From NCBI GenBank assembly GCA_905178155.1, contig CAJINV010000002.1, positions 7,861,650 to 7,925,649 on the forward strand: 64,000 bases of DNA, read 5' to 3'. The position numbers and the translations under genes are program-made. The notes beneath the pieces were generated by a model, which ran no database searches, had not been told where the DNA came from, and saw nothing but the letters and a program-made list of their open reading frames with translations. Source of the stretch: Amoebophrya sp. A120. Its lineage: Eukaryota; Protista; Dinoflagellata. Below are positions 14,868-28,479 of the stretch, in pieces. The first letter of the stretch is position 1. Each line of letters opens with the position of its first letter.

Positions 14868-15623
14868 GGTTTTTTACCGCTGCTAGTGGATCGCTGGATA
14901 GTTCCTTGTTGTGGACGAAATAGTCCGTTTTTCCGTCGAGCTGAGAGATCGAGCTGAGCTTTTTTCTGTGTAAGGATCTTCGAAAACGAGGACTTCGATC
15001 TTCGGTGCTCGCTTATTGATCTAGTAGACCTGGAAACTTAAAAGCCTTTGCCTTTTGCCAGGCTTATGGAATTCAAGCCCGACAAATTTTCAGCGCACAA
15101 CACTACGAATAAAGAAGCAGAACTGGCGAACAAACAGAACTGTCGACTGTAATCAACCGGAATAAAGAGCTGAGGGGGGATTCTGGTGCATCACCAGTTT
15201 AAAAACCTTTTCCTACCCAAAATGTCAAGGTAAACGCAGTACCCGACAAAACCGATTGCGAGGATGATCATGATATCGATTTATCCATCTTACTCTTTAT
15301 ACAAAATTCTAACAAAATCTGAGTGGTGTAGACTCATTGCGGAAAATTTGAATTTTCGTCAAGAACATTCAGATGTTCAAATTGGAAAGAATTATTTGTA
15401 ATGGCGAATATTCGGTGGCAAGGGTGGCAGTGTCATCACGGCTTGTCATTCTTATCTTCTTCGAAACTAAGTGTTAGTACCCGCGACAACTACCTGTGGG
15501 TGGATAAACAAAATCCTGCAGCCGCGAAGAGCAGCGCACAGAGGAAAAATAGAGGGCACCATCAGAAGTGTAGCTTTCTTCTACTGCACATACAATCTTT
15601 TTCCAGTGTCGATTCTCTTGTTT

Positions 15624-16519
15624 TCAATGTTGCGTCTCGCAGGTTTCCAGAAATTTCAAGTATGCGGCTTCGTCCATCAACTTTCCTTGCACGAAATCTT
15701 CCGCAAACTTGCCCTGCGTAAGTCGTTGCAAATCTACTAGCACTGCATGCTACTTGTCCTTGTTCTCGTTTGCTGTCATATTTCACTAACAAATTGCCCA
15801 GCAGCAGCCTACACAAATGGACAAAACATCAAAATACCTTAACAATCCAGCCCTTCCCGTAGCAATCCTCGTTTATGATAGACGGCTCGTCGACCAATTC
15901 GCTGTTGACGGCTTCTACCTCGCACTCCTGCGGGGTGTACACCTCTCCCACGGCTTTGCCGTCCCCACACTCGATAGCCGCCACGGACTCGTTGGCCGGC
16001 ACAAAGTGCGGCGGATCGGGCATGTCCACGTAAACAATCTTCCCTAGCTCCTTCTGTGCGAAGTCCGACACACCGATGGTCACTGGAGTTTTGGATTTCA
16101 TAGAAATAGAATCAAACCGATATTATGCAAAAGCAGAAACCAAAATGGCCCGCGGCTACCCGAGAAAGCAATTTCCGTCGCGACATGATAAGTAGACGCG
16201 GCCATATTTCCTTCTTCTTTTATCAAGATCACATACCAGTTCTCTTGTCGTCCTCGACTTTGAGCCACTCGTGTGTCTCTGCGAAATACGTCGCCGCTTG
16301 GTACAGCGGTCGGCTTGTGGTGTGGAGAAACCTCCGGGAGGATTGGCTCCGTGTGCTGGTAGCGGCACCGAAGGTTGTTATTCCTGTTTGCCCCGCCAAT
16401 CGACCGAGTACGGAAGCCAGCCCTTTTGTAGTCCGACTCTGGTGACTCCGGAAAATCTCGGCCTTTTGTCCGCTCGAGAAGTTGACTCTGTGAAGTTCGC
16501 GAAACGCAGGCCGCATCAT
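15624..16519 (-). CDS. GCSH: Glycine cleavage system H protein with mitochondrial presequence; 3 exons
   Basis: YFAETHEWLKVE|VTIGVSDFAQKELGKIVYVDMP...INEDCYGKGWIVK|...LMDEAAYLKFLE. Intron 16083-16236 is GT-AG; the second acceptor is uncertain. Confidence 0.88.
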
Positions 16520-17799
16520 GGTTTCCGATTGTTCTAGCGAAAAACTTTTTCAGGTGAAAAAAACCACGACTCTTAAGAAGCAAAAATTTCTGTCATGCGT
16601 TTATATAATTTGACTGTGACTTTTTAATAGCGCTAGACGACCGGATGGAATGAAGAAGAAGAACCGCTCTTGCTTTTGTAATGATCCGCTCCCTCCCAGC
16701 TTTGCAGGGAATTTCCTGTCCGCTCAAGCAGATGTGCGTCGTCTGGCTGTATTTATTTTGCCCTCGTGAATATGTTTTTGGTTTGCAAAAGTGGCTCAAG
16801 GACGCGTCTTGGCTAAACAGCGGCTCTACATAAGGAAAGAAGGAAAACGAAAGCCCGGGCACACGCACACCCGGAGCGCAAGCCGTGAAACAAAACAGCT
16901 AACCCCAAGCCCCAAAACGCACGGAGCCGGCACCGCAGCCTGTGCGGACGACGCCGACGGCACACGCTGAGGCTTTGTTTAGCAACTTTGACTATTTCTG
17001 AAAACATTTGTGTTGTCGCAGAAACTTGTGGTAAGTCAAAGACCACTACGCATGCAACGTCCTGTTTCGCAAGTAAGAAGTAGGAATTTCACTTTCAGTA
17101 CGTACCAATATGCTAAAACGGAGTGAAAATATTTCAAACTCCGAATACTCATTCAAACAAATAGAAAAGTAAAAAACCTGAGTGAAGCTTCTATCGAACA
17201 CCAGTGAAAAGATTGTTCCTTTCGTGGTTGTATTCATTTCATTTACAAACGCAAGCTCTACAATTCAGAGGCATCGGGGAAGTAACAGCAGATGAAGTTC
17301 TATATTCTACTAGAATGTAATCCACAACACAATCACAACCATACGGTTTCGGGTTCTTTCGTCTTTCCAGCTATTTATCTATCATACTTCTCAGAAGTCA
17401 TTTCAAACCACTGCCTCCAATACGGATGATCTTGATAACAATAAGCTCGCGTTTTCATTGAGGCAGTAACATTGTCTCCTCGCACATGAGTCCTTCGTGC
17501 AATAAATAAACAAGGTGTACGTAGTAGATACGTGTCGACATTACGCCTGCTCTTTCCGAGTACTTGAGTGAGCAATCAGTTGTCATTCCGTGGGAGCCCA
17601 CGGCTGGACCAGTTCTTGTCTGCCAACGATGGTCGTGGAAAACGAGAGCGACATACTACTCCCCGCCTCCGTTGTATCCAAGAAAAAAAGTGTGTAAGTG
17701 TAACTTTCTTTGAGAAACAGCATCACAAATTTGCTCTACATGACAGAGAAAACCTGTCATGCGTGGCTTGTAAGGGAAAACACACATGAAAAGAGGACT

Positions 17800-20700
17800 T
17801 CATGGCTGTCTGGCATGACAAGCGCAACTCTGTTGCATGTTCTTCAACACAAACTTACACTTACACAGTTTTTTTCTTGCGTACGTTGCGGACCACTCGT
17901 CGTCGGCATCGGAGCCGTCTTGGTTCCTCGACAGAAGCCCGGAGGACGAGGGAGACGCGGTCGCAATGCTCGACAACTGCAACGGCGGAATAGCGATGGA
18001 GGTATCCGTCTTCGAGTTGTAGAAAATTCTAGGCACGGCAGCATGGTCCGCTGCCGTTTCAACATCCACTTCTCTGTTATTCATCCTGTTGCCCTCTTGA
18101 TCATGCGGATGTCCATCCTCGTCGTCCAAGAGTTGTTCCTGCACCAGGCCGGCCACTCTTGCCGTCTTGTTTCGCTCTGCTGGATCAAGAACCTCGTCCT
18201 CTTGTTGAATTCTCGTCCCCGCGGCGGCGCTGTCCGACGAGGGGGGCAGATTGTGCGGAAGCAGAGATGTTGAACCGGTGTTGAAATCTTTCGAGCCCCT
18301 GGCAGGAGCTCCGCGCTGTTGATGCAGTCGAAGGTGAGATTGTGTCTGCGGATAATGTTGACGCAGGGCCATAAGCTTACTCGCAGTTGTACTCGCATGC
18401 CTCTGCCTTGCCGGAACCCAACTTTCCCGCTTGCGCGTGTGCTGGTGGTCTACGAGAGGACTTAGATCTGCCGCACCGGTGGCGCGAACAGAATCGCCGC
18501 TTCCCTCCGCAACAAGTCCCAGAGCCGTATGAAGAAGCTCTCCATCGCCTCTGCCGCGGTGTAGGAACTGGTCGCGATCTCCAGCTGCGAGAAAGGCCTC
18601 CTGCAGCTCGGACGTTGCGCTGCTTACACCGGGCAGCGAGGGCTGCAGGGTAGTCCCTTTTTGCAATATTTCCGGCGGCAGGAGTACCAAATTGCCCTTG
18701 CTGTCTGTGCCGTTTTTCGAAGTGCTGCCCGTTGGCGTTGATTTTGCGGATGGGGGGGCGGATGTTCCGGATAAAACAACCGCGCCGCTCTTCAGCCGAT
18801 TAGAATTTGTCCAACTCCAGGATTTCCTCATTTTGGCAGGGTGGTGCGGCAAAACAAAGCCTGCTTTGTGATTCGCCCCGGAGGATGTCACGGAAAACGC
18901 CGGAGCACTTGTGTACGGCCCACGCGGCGCAACGAGTGGGCTCAGGTCATCTTGCTCGTGTAAAAGTTCCGCGGACAACACTGGAGGCTGGGGTTGTGGT
19001 GCCTTTCCTGATGTGCCCGATCCGTGACGCTGTTGCATCAGAGCCGACGTGGTCGCAGTCATGCAGGCCGAGTGAATATTTTCCTGCATCATCAAGTGTC
19101 CCCGCTGCTCGGAACTACACAAAGCTGCTTGGAGTTGTTGGGTATGTTGCTGCAGACCGGCAAGAATCCCCGCACCTCCAGCTGAAGCAGGAGTACCATG
19201 ACGCCGCACTAGTAGATCCTGCCTGGTAGCGCTAAAAGCGTCCCCTTCGCACAGCGACGACTCCCCTGGGTCCTGCGCACAGTGCGTCGACTGGCAACTG
19301 GTACTACATTGATTCGACGTTGTCACACTCGAGGAGGTATCCTGTACAAAGAAAAACGACAGATCTGGGTCCACGCGGGAAAAAACGCACAGTGTGGCTA
19401 TGAATTTCCTACGCGGGGAAAAAACACCAGCACGAGTACGAAGTGGATGAAACTAATACTAATCTCAGAACCTTTGCAGAAACTACTTGATATTTTTCCT
19501 CGTGGTGACGACCCCGACCTGCTTTATATTCTTCCCCTCGCGTAAGACGACTGACTGAAGGGGCTTGACTCTGCGGTGGTTGTGGCGCCAGAGAAATCCT
19601 GATCATCGAGCATATCTCCGTGTTTGCAGGACAGGTCTGGCGCCGTGGTCGCGGTCCCTGCATCATTGTCAAACTCATCATCGTCATTATTTGCTTGGTC
19701 CTGCTGACTCTCAGCCGATAGAAGATGAAGTTCCGGTTCTTTACAAGACACCACGTTGACGACCTGGTCCCCGGCGATATCATTCTCTACTACATTCTCC
19801 AGCTCCATCTCCATAGTGTCATCCACTTTCATTTCCACGTCATCTTTGTCGCTTGATGTTCTTTTTTTCTTTTTTTCCGGAAAGTTGTGGGACGATTGTG
19901 ACAGCATGCCTGCTTTCTGTTCGACCGGCTGTAGAACTACTACTTCACGTTGCTTTTGATCTTTTCCTTCCACATCATTCTTGCAGCTACTATTCACGAT
20001 CTTTATGACCGCATCGCCCTCAAGAAAAACAGATTGTTCCCGTGGGGGCGCAGTCGCTTGCGGACCGCGATTCGGAACGAAAGCTGAGGGTGCCGAACCT
20101 ACTGTGGCAGAAGCTGTTGTGCTTCTCTGTTCTCCGTCATTCCGTTTCGCAACGACCCGACTCGGAATTTTTGTACTCTCCTCGTCCTCACTGTCGTCCC
20201 GAGGTGAAACGTAGTCTACCTCGCTCTGGTACTTTTGTTGCAGCGCCAGCCAGGAGTCGGTCAGTCTTCGCCGCAGCCGGCTCATCTCCTCTTCGTTCGT
20301 GGACTTTGTTGTAGGCTGCGATAACGCGGGACTTACCTTTCGTGTAAACGGCAAATCGCCCGACGGCAGAACCGAACTACTCGATTTTGGAGCTTGTTGC
20401 GTTTGATGCTCCCTAGACGAGGATGAGGATGATGCTCTAGCTCCTCCTGGTGCCACCATAATTTGTGTTGCTGCCTCGTCTACTGCCGTCGGGCCGCTTG
20501 TCGCTGTCACGGTGGTAGGCGAAGCAGAAAGCAAAGAAGGAAAATTCTCTGCGAAGAAGCTTGAGGTCGCTTGAAAGAAGCTCGGCGTGGGAGCGCTCGC
20601 CGACGTGCTCGAAGGTGACGGCGCGGCCGCGGGGGCAGACGTTGCTGCAGTAGTTGCGCCTCCGCCGGTGTAAGGCACGAACGAACCACCGGCTGCGGGT

Positions 20701-23700
20701 GTAGTCTGCTGTTCTTGCTTGAATAGACCGCCTCCTCCGCGGTCTGCAGACCCAGAGCACGATTCTGGAACCACAAAATGCTCCACACTGGTTCTGCAGT
20801 CTGCCGCATTGGGAAGATCAAACCTCTCCATATCCGCGTACACCCGAGTCAAAAAAGCGGCTCGCTGCTCGTCGCTCAGCAGAGGGTAGAGAACTCCCTG
20901 CTTCAAAATCACAGTCGGCTTCTTCTGCGTCCGAGATGCCGACGAAGAGGATCCCGTGCAACTGCCTGAGGAGCTAGTACTCACAGACGCTGTAGGTCGT
21001 CCACCAAACCCCGCACTAGAGCCACTTGCTCCGCCCTGGAAGATGGAATCACCGCCAGCAATGGTCCTCGCTCCGGTGGTCGTGCTATGCCTCGCTAAGA
21101 CCACCTTCTTCACTACGTAGGGCTCCAAACTCTTCAAGAGAAACTCGTTGGAAATCCGGATTAGGGACTCGTTCTCTTTTTCCCCAACCGAACTGATCAC
21201 CGAGCTGGCGCAGCTGAGCTTTTTCTCGTTCGTCACAGCCGTGGAGGGGGAGAAAAAGGGATAATTGAGATTCGAGGCGGCGGAAGAACATGAGGCAGCA
21301 GAAGTAGAAGGAAAACCACCCTGACTTTTATGACCACCACTTCCCTCGTCCTCTTTCGAACCACGAGTTGTAGGATCACCAGCCGTGCGGTCTTCGGGTT
21401 CATCGGCGTTCAAACGGTACAATCGGTTCAAATCGCCTCTGTTCCTCGATTCGTTGAACCTCGCGAGACTAGCGTTGTGCAGGTCGTTGCCGAAGAGGTA
21501 ATCCAGGTCCTGCATCAGCGCGTCGGCTTGCTCGTGGTCCCTTCTGCTGTTCGCCGAGCACGGGATGGAAAGACTGGTCAACGACTCGCGCAGCGCGGTG
21601 AAGTTGAACAGGTAGTCGAGAAAGGAGGTAGAAGTCGGAGACTCTACCTCAACCGAGGCGGAATTCCTGTTTGTAGATCGAAGAGATGAATTTGCAGACG
21701 CGCCGGCGGTAGACGTAGTCGCAGTAGTTTTCAGCGTCCTACAGCTGCTGCTCCGAGCTGGCTCAAGCTTATCACTCATCTCACAGCTGCCGCCCTGATC
21801 ATGATGTTCACCCATCTTCATCGTGATTGAAGATCTACTACATGATCCTACGGCGGTCGGACCGGTGGGAGTAGATGTTGGCCGATTCTGTTTTTGATCT
21901 CTGATCTCCACCCCATCCGATTTTCGATTAGCCGTTGTCATGCAGAGCGACTCGGTGAGGTTTAGCCCCAGAAAGGAAAACAGGCCTGAGGAAGACTTAG
22001 TAGTGGTGGAATTCTTCTTTTTGTTATCTACTGGTGCAAGAACTGCGGAATCTTCTTCACTGGTAGTTTTTTTCCCGCCAACGGTGTTTGTATTTATCCC
22101 GCTATGGTCCTTCAAAGCGAGAACATCAGGCTGCTTCGTGAGCGCCTTCTCCGGGTCGTCCGGTCTGCTAAAAACTCGGAAGAACGCATCACTGGACTCG
22201 TCCATCCTTCCGTATCCAGAAAAAGTTGTACTGTGCAATTTTGTATTTCCAGGGTGGCCGTGCGTTTTTGACAAAAAAATGCCGGAAGCTCTACTAGCTG
22301 TATTTTTACCGGTCTGCATCAGCAAGACTGGGGATTGACTTTCCGGCACTGGGTCCACGGCCGAATCTTCTTCCTCCACACGAAACGGATGCGCACCTTG
22401 TACTTGGTCACGACCACAACTCTGTTTCTGCAGCCTTCCGGAGGACAGGGGGCTGGTGGGCTGCTGCAGGTGTGCTGGTCCTAATAATCCCCCTCCGGAC
22501 GACCCGCGCGCGGAGGCACAAGGCGACAGCAGAGAAGTGCTGTTCTTGTCACTACTATTCGGGTCGACAAAAACCACATACTTCTGCACCCAGACGGCGC
22601 CAAAGTGGAGAAAGTAGGCGACGATCAAGGTGATGGCTTCTTCCCGGTTCGGAATGTTCAGGTCGTTTTGCAGCAAGTCGTCATCGATGTGAAAATCATG
22701 CTGGGAAGAGGTGGCGGTTTCTTGTTCTTGGTTTAGCACCGAAGGAGGAGCTCCAGAACTGCCGGTGCTGCTACGAGCAGCTTCTCCGGAGGTTGTCAAA
22801 CCGTTACAGCCGAAATTTTCATCTACGTCCCCTTCATTGATATGGATTCCCGACTCGGTATGTATTCCCTCCTCAAAGGCCTCCACAATGGTCTCCAGAT
22901 CGGCGATCTGCAAAGGATCCACGATCTCCTTGCACTTCTTGTAAATCATGCGGATCTCCTCGCAGGCTGAAGAATTTTCGCAGATTTCCTCCTGCAGCCA
23001 CTGCTTGCGCTCTTCGAGTAACCGCTGAAAGTCAACCAGAGGTGGACGAGGTGGCTCTTCTGCATAATTATGGTAATCTTCACTGCTAGGAGAGGACAGG
23101 TTGTACACTACCTTGCTCTGTGCCGCACACCCGGAGATGGTGCTGTCAGAGGTACTAGTGCAACCCGTCTGCCGGTGGAGCTGCTCCTGCTGGGAACCAC
23201 CTTTGGTAACTGCTTGTACTTGCGGAGGTGCAGCAGATAATAGCACTGTGGGTGCTGCCTTCACTCGCTGGGTTGTAGCGGCCAAATTTGTGGAGTGACG
23301 CTCTCCTGGCAAAACAACACTCTTCGACGGCGCAGCGGTGAATTTATTTTGTTTATTGGTTGCACCCCCGGAGGGCAGCGAGATGGTGGGAACGACAGGC
23401 CGGTGTTGCGACGTTTGCGAGGAAGAGGATGCTGAGGATGATGACGCAAGAACACCAGTTGACAAACGTGTAAATGACGTCTGTCCTGGCTTTCCGACCG
23501 TTGTAGAGGAAAGAACTGTCGTGTGAGAAGCCTGACGTGGCGGATGTTGATGATGTCCCAGCGATGATCTTGCGGTACTTGTACCAACTGCACTTGTGAA
23601 ACTTGCAAGCTCCTCCGCATTTCTCCCGCTCGCCTGCAGCCAAGAGAGGCTGTGCGATTTGGTGGCCCACACTCCTGGTGGACATAGAGAGCCGCTGATT

Positions 23701-24002
23701 GATGTTCCAACCGAAAACAAAACTGCTAAGAAACACCGGAACAAAAAGGAGATCTTGATCTCCAGTGTGCAGGTCGTGCGCTTTTCCTTTTTTAGTTTTG
23801 CGACCTCCTCTAGACCGGGAAAAATAAACTGGCAGGGCCGCTTTCCGGACGCAATCCGTGATGACGTCCGGCATCTTCGGCCACCTTTTCCGTGGAGGGC
23901 CTTCCCCATTTCTTGTGCTATTTCATCGTCTCCCGGATCATAGATGAGAAAATAGACCGCTCTTCTCCGGTGCGAGCGCGTCGGCGAAGATTGCCACATC
24001 AA
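17800..24002 (-). CDS. Very large Ser/Thr-rich hypothetical protein (ORFs 19524-24002 and 17800-19374, probably one spliced gene)
   Basis: Co-oriented ORFs of 1492 and 524 aa separated by about 150 nt. No recognisable domain. Confidence 0.55.
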
Positions 24003-24851
24003 AAAGATGGACGAAGAACATCACATATTTATCCTGGTAAAGCTACAACAGAAAAAAACTCGGGCGTAATCAAACTTCTGAACTTAAATAATCCGATCAA
24101 AATCAAAATGTCAAACAGGTTACAAAGTCGATCTCAAAGATACTGATACGCGAAAGAAAAATACAGATCGTTCTCCTTCTTGAAATAGTACACGCAACGT
24201 CACCGTCGAAAACTTTATTATGTCAAGCAAATACTGTAAAAGTGATCTGCTTTCGGAAGCGAAATCTTTTAAAATGAAGTTAAAGAGAAAAAAAAACTTT
24301 CAAAATCTACGAAACGAGTGAAATCGGACTGAGACTAATCAGAATCAGAATCAGAAAATTTTGGCTTGGCTTGGCTGCGGGGCGGCGTTCCAGAACTTTA
24401 AGAGTGCAGCTGGAGCTATTCATGAGCTATAACTTGACCACGCGTACTAATTTCTAGTAGAGGCGGCTAACAACGAACTTGTCCTCCCCCCGCGTTAATA
24501 CAAACCCCCGGCCTGAAACTCATGCTTACTGGGTGGGGCAGGGAAAATTTAGGCCATGAACCCGGCAAGAACGCTGAAAGTCTTGTACTTGGCCAACGAC
24601 ATAACTTCACGCGCCTGACGGGAGCACCACGTCTTTAACCCTTTTCGGTTACAGCGCGTGTCCACGGTCGAAACCGACCGACTTTTTTTTTTGCGGCCGA
24701 CGCCAATGCTACACTTCTGGTGGTGTACGTGAGGCGTGGTATGACAAAGAGCCAGCTAATCCGACTTCTCATCGGAATTCGCATATACCCTGCATGGAGA
24801 GGTTGCTGTCTCCGGGTACTTCACCGACCGACTGGTCGCGAAATCAGCATT

Positions 24852-24918
24852 GGCAATGGTGAAAACCGCAATGGCAATGGAAGAGGAAAACCGCAATGGC
24901 AATGGTGAAAACCGCAAT
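24852..24918. repeat. Short minisatellite, 3 units of about 21 bp
   Basis: ggcaatggtgaaaaccgcaat twice, flanking a 25-bp variant. Confidence 0.8.
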
Positions 24919-25994
24919 GCAAACAAAAGTTTACCATGCTCACGCACGTGGTAAAACGCATTGCTGCAGCTGCGTCGAAAGATCCGGAGAACAGGATTTC
25001 TGTAGTGGTGCTTTATGCTATTCATGTGCACCAGAACCCGTTTCAGCGGTCGATCATTTTTAACTTGAGTGCGAATAAGAAATCGGGTTCGTTGCAGCGT
25101 CCTTGCAAGTCCAAAAAGTCAGATAGCGCAGTAGGTCATTACGGGAAGAAGGTAAATACTTCCGGTTCAGCAGTTCTGGGAACATTCATTTCTGGGGTGT
25201 TTCATTGTTGCGTTTTCTCCCCGAGGTACTTACTGCAAGAAACATTCTCGCTTCTGAGGCCAGCGCCAGACAAAAAGTCCTGCCTGAGCGACAGCGAAAC
25301 TACTAGGACCGGGTTGTCCGCAAAATCCATAGGGGAAGATATCTACCGGAACTGAAAGAAACAATATTTTTGCCGTGTACCAAAAGTACTTAAGTTCGAA
25401 ACTCTAACTCAATGTCAATACGGAGGTCCCTGCGTTTTGCACTTATTTTTGTTCGACATTGCTTGCATTGCAAATGGCACTGAAAGAGTGGAAAATGGGA
25501 AAAATTTTGAATTTTGAATGTATCATACAAGGAAGTTCTTCGTTAATCCTGCGCCGCCATCGTCCTCTCTGGGTACATTCTGTGGGATTTGAAAATAGCA
25601 AAAAACCAAAACATGGACTAGCATTGCTGTCCGCAGAGAGAAATGGATCCCGTCTCCTGAACGGGAGTCATAGTTCCGGTCACCAAAAGTTCATCAGTCA
25701 CGTGTGGTTTCGATTTCCCCGAAGTGCGGCCAGACGTCATGAAGGCCAAAGAGCAACTCGATCCACAGCCGCAAATCTGCTAGTAAGACCCACAGAGGAT
25801 GTTGCCAATGATCCGTGAGCGATGGCTTGATTTCGAACAGGATGACGCTACCCAGGACGGAAAGGTTTCTGGAGTAGGGAGTATGTAGATGCTCATGCAG
25901 ATGCTTGTGCTTCGCAGTTTTGTCGTGCAAAAAATAAAAATGCGGTTACCGAGCTCGTATCAAAAAATAGTCCTGGTACTTCTCAAACTCAATT

Positions 25995-26330
25995 CTAACT
26001 GTACCTGATTCCCACCGCTAAGAGAAGGCTCTTCCACGTTTGCGTTATGTTTCCGCCGTAAACGCCCCATATCAGCACCCACGCGGCGAGACTGTTCCCG
26101 AAAAAATGCGATAGCTTCGTCCACTTCTGTTTCCGCTTGCTCAGGTACAGAGTGTGGTAGAAATCGCGGAAGGAATAGGTCAGCGGTTTGCTGGCAGCAG
26201 TTGCACCCACTGTGTGCTCCTCGTCCTTATCCGGGAGAAACGCGCGGGTGACTTGATGACGACGAAGGTGGTACTCCGTAAACTCCCACATGTGTTGTAG
26301 TCTTTCTCTTCTCCGATTTTTACCGGACAA
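25995..26330 (-). CDS. Hypothetical protein exon
   Basis: 111-aa ORF with gene-like codon usage on the cluster strand. No homology recognised. Confidence 0.35.
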   Translation of the reverse strand: MSGKNRRRERLQHMWEFTEYHLRRHQVTRAFLPDKDEEHTVGATAASKPLTYSFRDFYHTLYLSKRKQKWTKLSHFFGNSLAAWVLIWGVYGGNITQTWKSLLLAVGIRYS

Positions 26331-28479
26331 CCTGGTTTCGATCGACGTTCTCGCAGATCAGACTGTAAGTACTCCTTTCGGTTTCTTCTTGTTCTGATTA
26401 CCTCGTTCCTGCGAATACGGAAAACCGCAGCTAGGCGACTGCTCGACGTACAACTCTTGTTACAGAAGCGCGGAGCCAGGTTCTGGTGGCAGCGCTTGCC
26501 TGCTGGCGCTTTTTCTGGTGCTAGACGGGGAAGCAGTAGGTGAACGCAATGATGTGTCGTGATAACGATTTGCGCATAACGGAGCCGAAATACAAGCTCT
26601 GGTGAAAATCCTAGGCGACTTTGATAGCACAGAGTATTGGTCAACGCGACGTCTTTCTGACACAGCAAAATGCAAATAGCATTCCATATTTTTCATTTGG
26701 TGGCAAAAAAAAACTAGAGAAAAATGACGGTCGGTGAGTCGGACAGCCGTATAAAAGATGAAATTGAGGCGGATAAGATATTTATGATATTCTCAAACAC
26801 GACGAGCACAAATACTACACAAGTTAGTTTGCTGGTTCGACTCTCTCTGTCTAGGACCTGGCAGTCGTCATACAGCTTGCACTGATGAGGCACCACTAGT
26901 TTTTGTACTTACTACTCTCGAGGTCGATCGCTCGCAGCTCTCGCACTACAAAGTTCCGAGGTTGCTGAAAACTAAAGCAATGCGGGTCGATACTACTCTC
27001 TCGAGAAGTTTGCCGTGAACGCACTTATCGCAAATAATGAATCGAAGGAATGCGAATGCCACCGATGAGGAACAGACTGCGTCGGAACCGATATTGACCC
27101 CGATGCAAAAGTATCTGACCGAAGAATGTCATTGCTTTAGGAATGGCTCCGAGCTATCGGGCTTCGCCTGAGTATTCGTAATATGAGTCACTATTTGTTT
27201 GCTAAATGCTATCATAATGGTCTACCGCCCAAGGACTACCATCAGGAAAATCATCGGCATACATGGGTGCAGTACGGAGTAGGCCTACTGCTGCACCCTT
27301 GACCTTTTTACTTTGAGCACCTATTAAACGGAATGCTCTGCCGATGTCAGATTTGTTTACACGAGCGATAGCGAAGATCACGCCACATCTTTGGTTTTAC
27401 ATCTTCCGAGTAGTATTACGGTATTCGGGCAAGAACCGGTTGGAATCGATGGAGGTGAAACTACGTACAGCAACGACGGCTTGTAGATTGCTTCTAGGCG
27501 AGAAGTGGCAGAACCGCTATCTTGTTGCTGGTGACAAATCACTAGATATGTTTTCGCCCTTGATGCCACCCATACGGTAGGTTTGATATCTTCTTGCTTT
27601 CCCTTACACTAGACGCAGAAGATCTTCTGGCCGACTCTACAACGGCACGACTACTTCGACAAACCCATTGGGATTCTTTCTTACTGTATACTTCAAATCT
27701 TAAAAATTCCATGGTGTTGAGACATTTCGTCGATGAAATGACTCATACCACCGACGCAACTCTTTGTGTGAGACTTTTCAAGAACCTTCAATCTGTCATT
27801 AACTGCGGGTGAGAGCACGACTAGAATTAGATAGTACCTGCAGAATTATTTGTACTAGTGGACTTATATATTCCTTATTTGACACTGCTTTTTTTCCTAA
27901 ATTTGTTGTACAAGCACCGACCGCAGAACCATCCAGTGAAACTTCCAGCGACCCCACCTTCGAGGTGGCTGGTCCCGCGGTGGCAAAGACTCCTTTACGC
28001 CGCGTAGACCTCCTTGACCTGAGATGGTGAACAAAACGAAATTTGAATCGCATGAAGAACAGCCCAAAGCCGAGAAAAAAAGCACCCGCTCAGGCTCGCT
28101 TTTTCTTTCAACCACTAGAAAAAAGTATTTTCTTATCGTGCTCAAAAGTGGAAGTGCTGGCATTGCCTTCAGTCTTGGTGCCATTGCCTACAGTATTCAG
28201 GATCGGATTCATCGAGTCCACTCTCGTCGCGACCACCAGTGGTAAAGCATTGAGAGAAAAAAAAGCTCACGATGCTGCGACCCGACAATGTGCTTAGATC
28301 ATTTTGTGCTATTGAAAAATCCGCAGAAATCATTCCAAAAAGCTGAGTGATGATGTACATTCGAAAATAGTCAAATACGACTTCTCGTCTACCAATTCTG
28401 CAAAACCTCACAGCGTGGCGAAAGAACGTGCGCGACTGCAGCACCACCGTCAAAATATTTCCACAAGGAAAGTGAATCG

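Noticed and set aside
16139-16163. Minus-strand gtagcc..gccattttgg resembling a dinoflagellate spliced-leader relic
   Set aside because: It is interrupted, lacks CTCAAG and is intronic; consistent with chance.
24337-24375. (AATCAG)3 and (TTGGC)3 runs; also (GA)n at about 38877-38895
   Set aside because: Ordinary microsatellites, not telomeric or CRISPR-like.
27130-28300. Short plus-strand ORFs, possible decayed retroelement
   Set aside because: No diagnostic RT, RNase H or integrase motif is visible.
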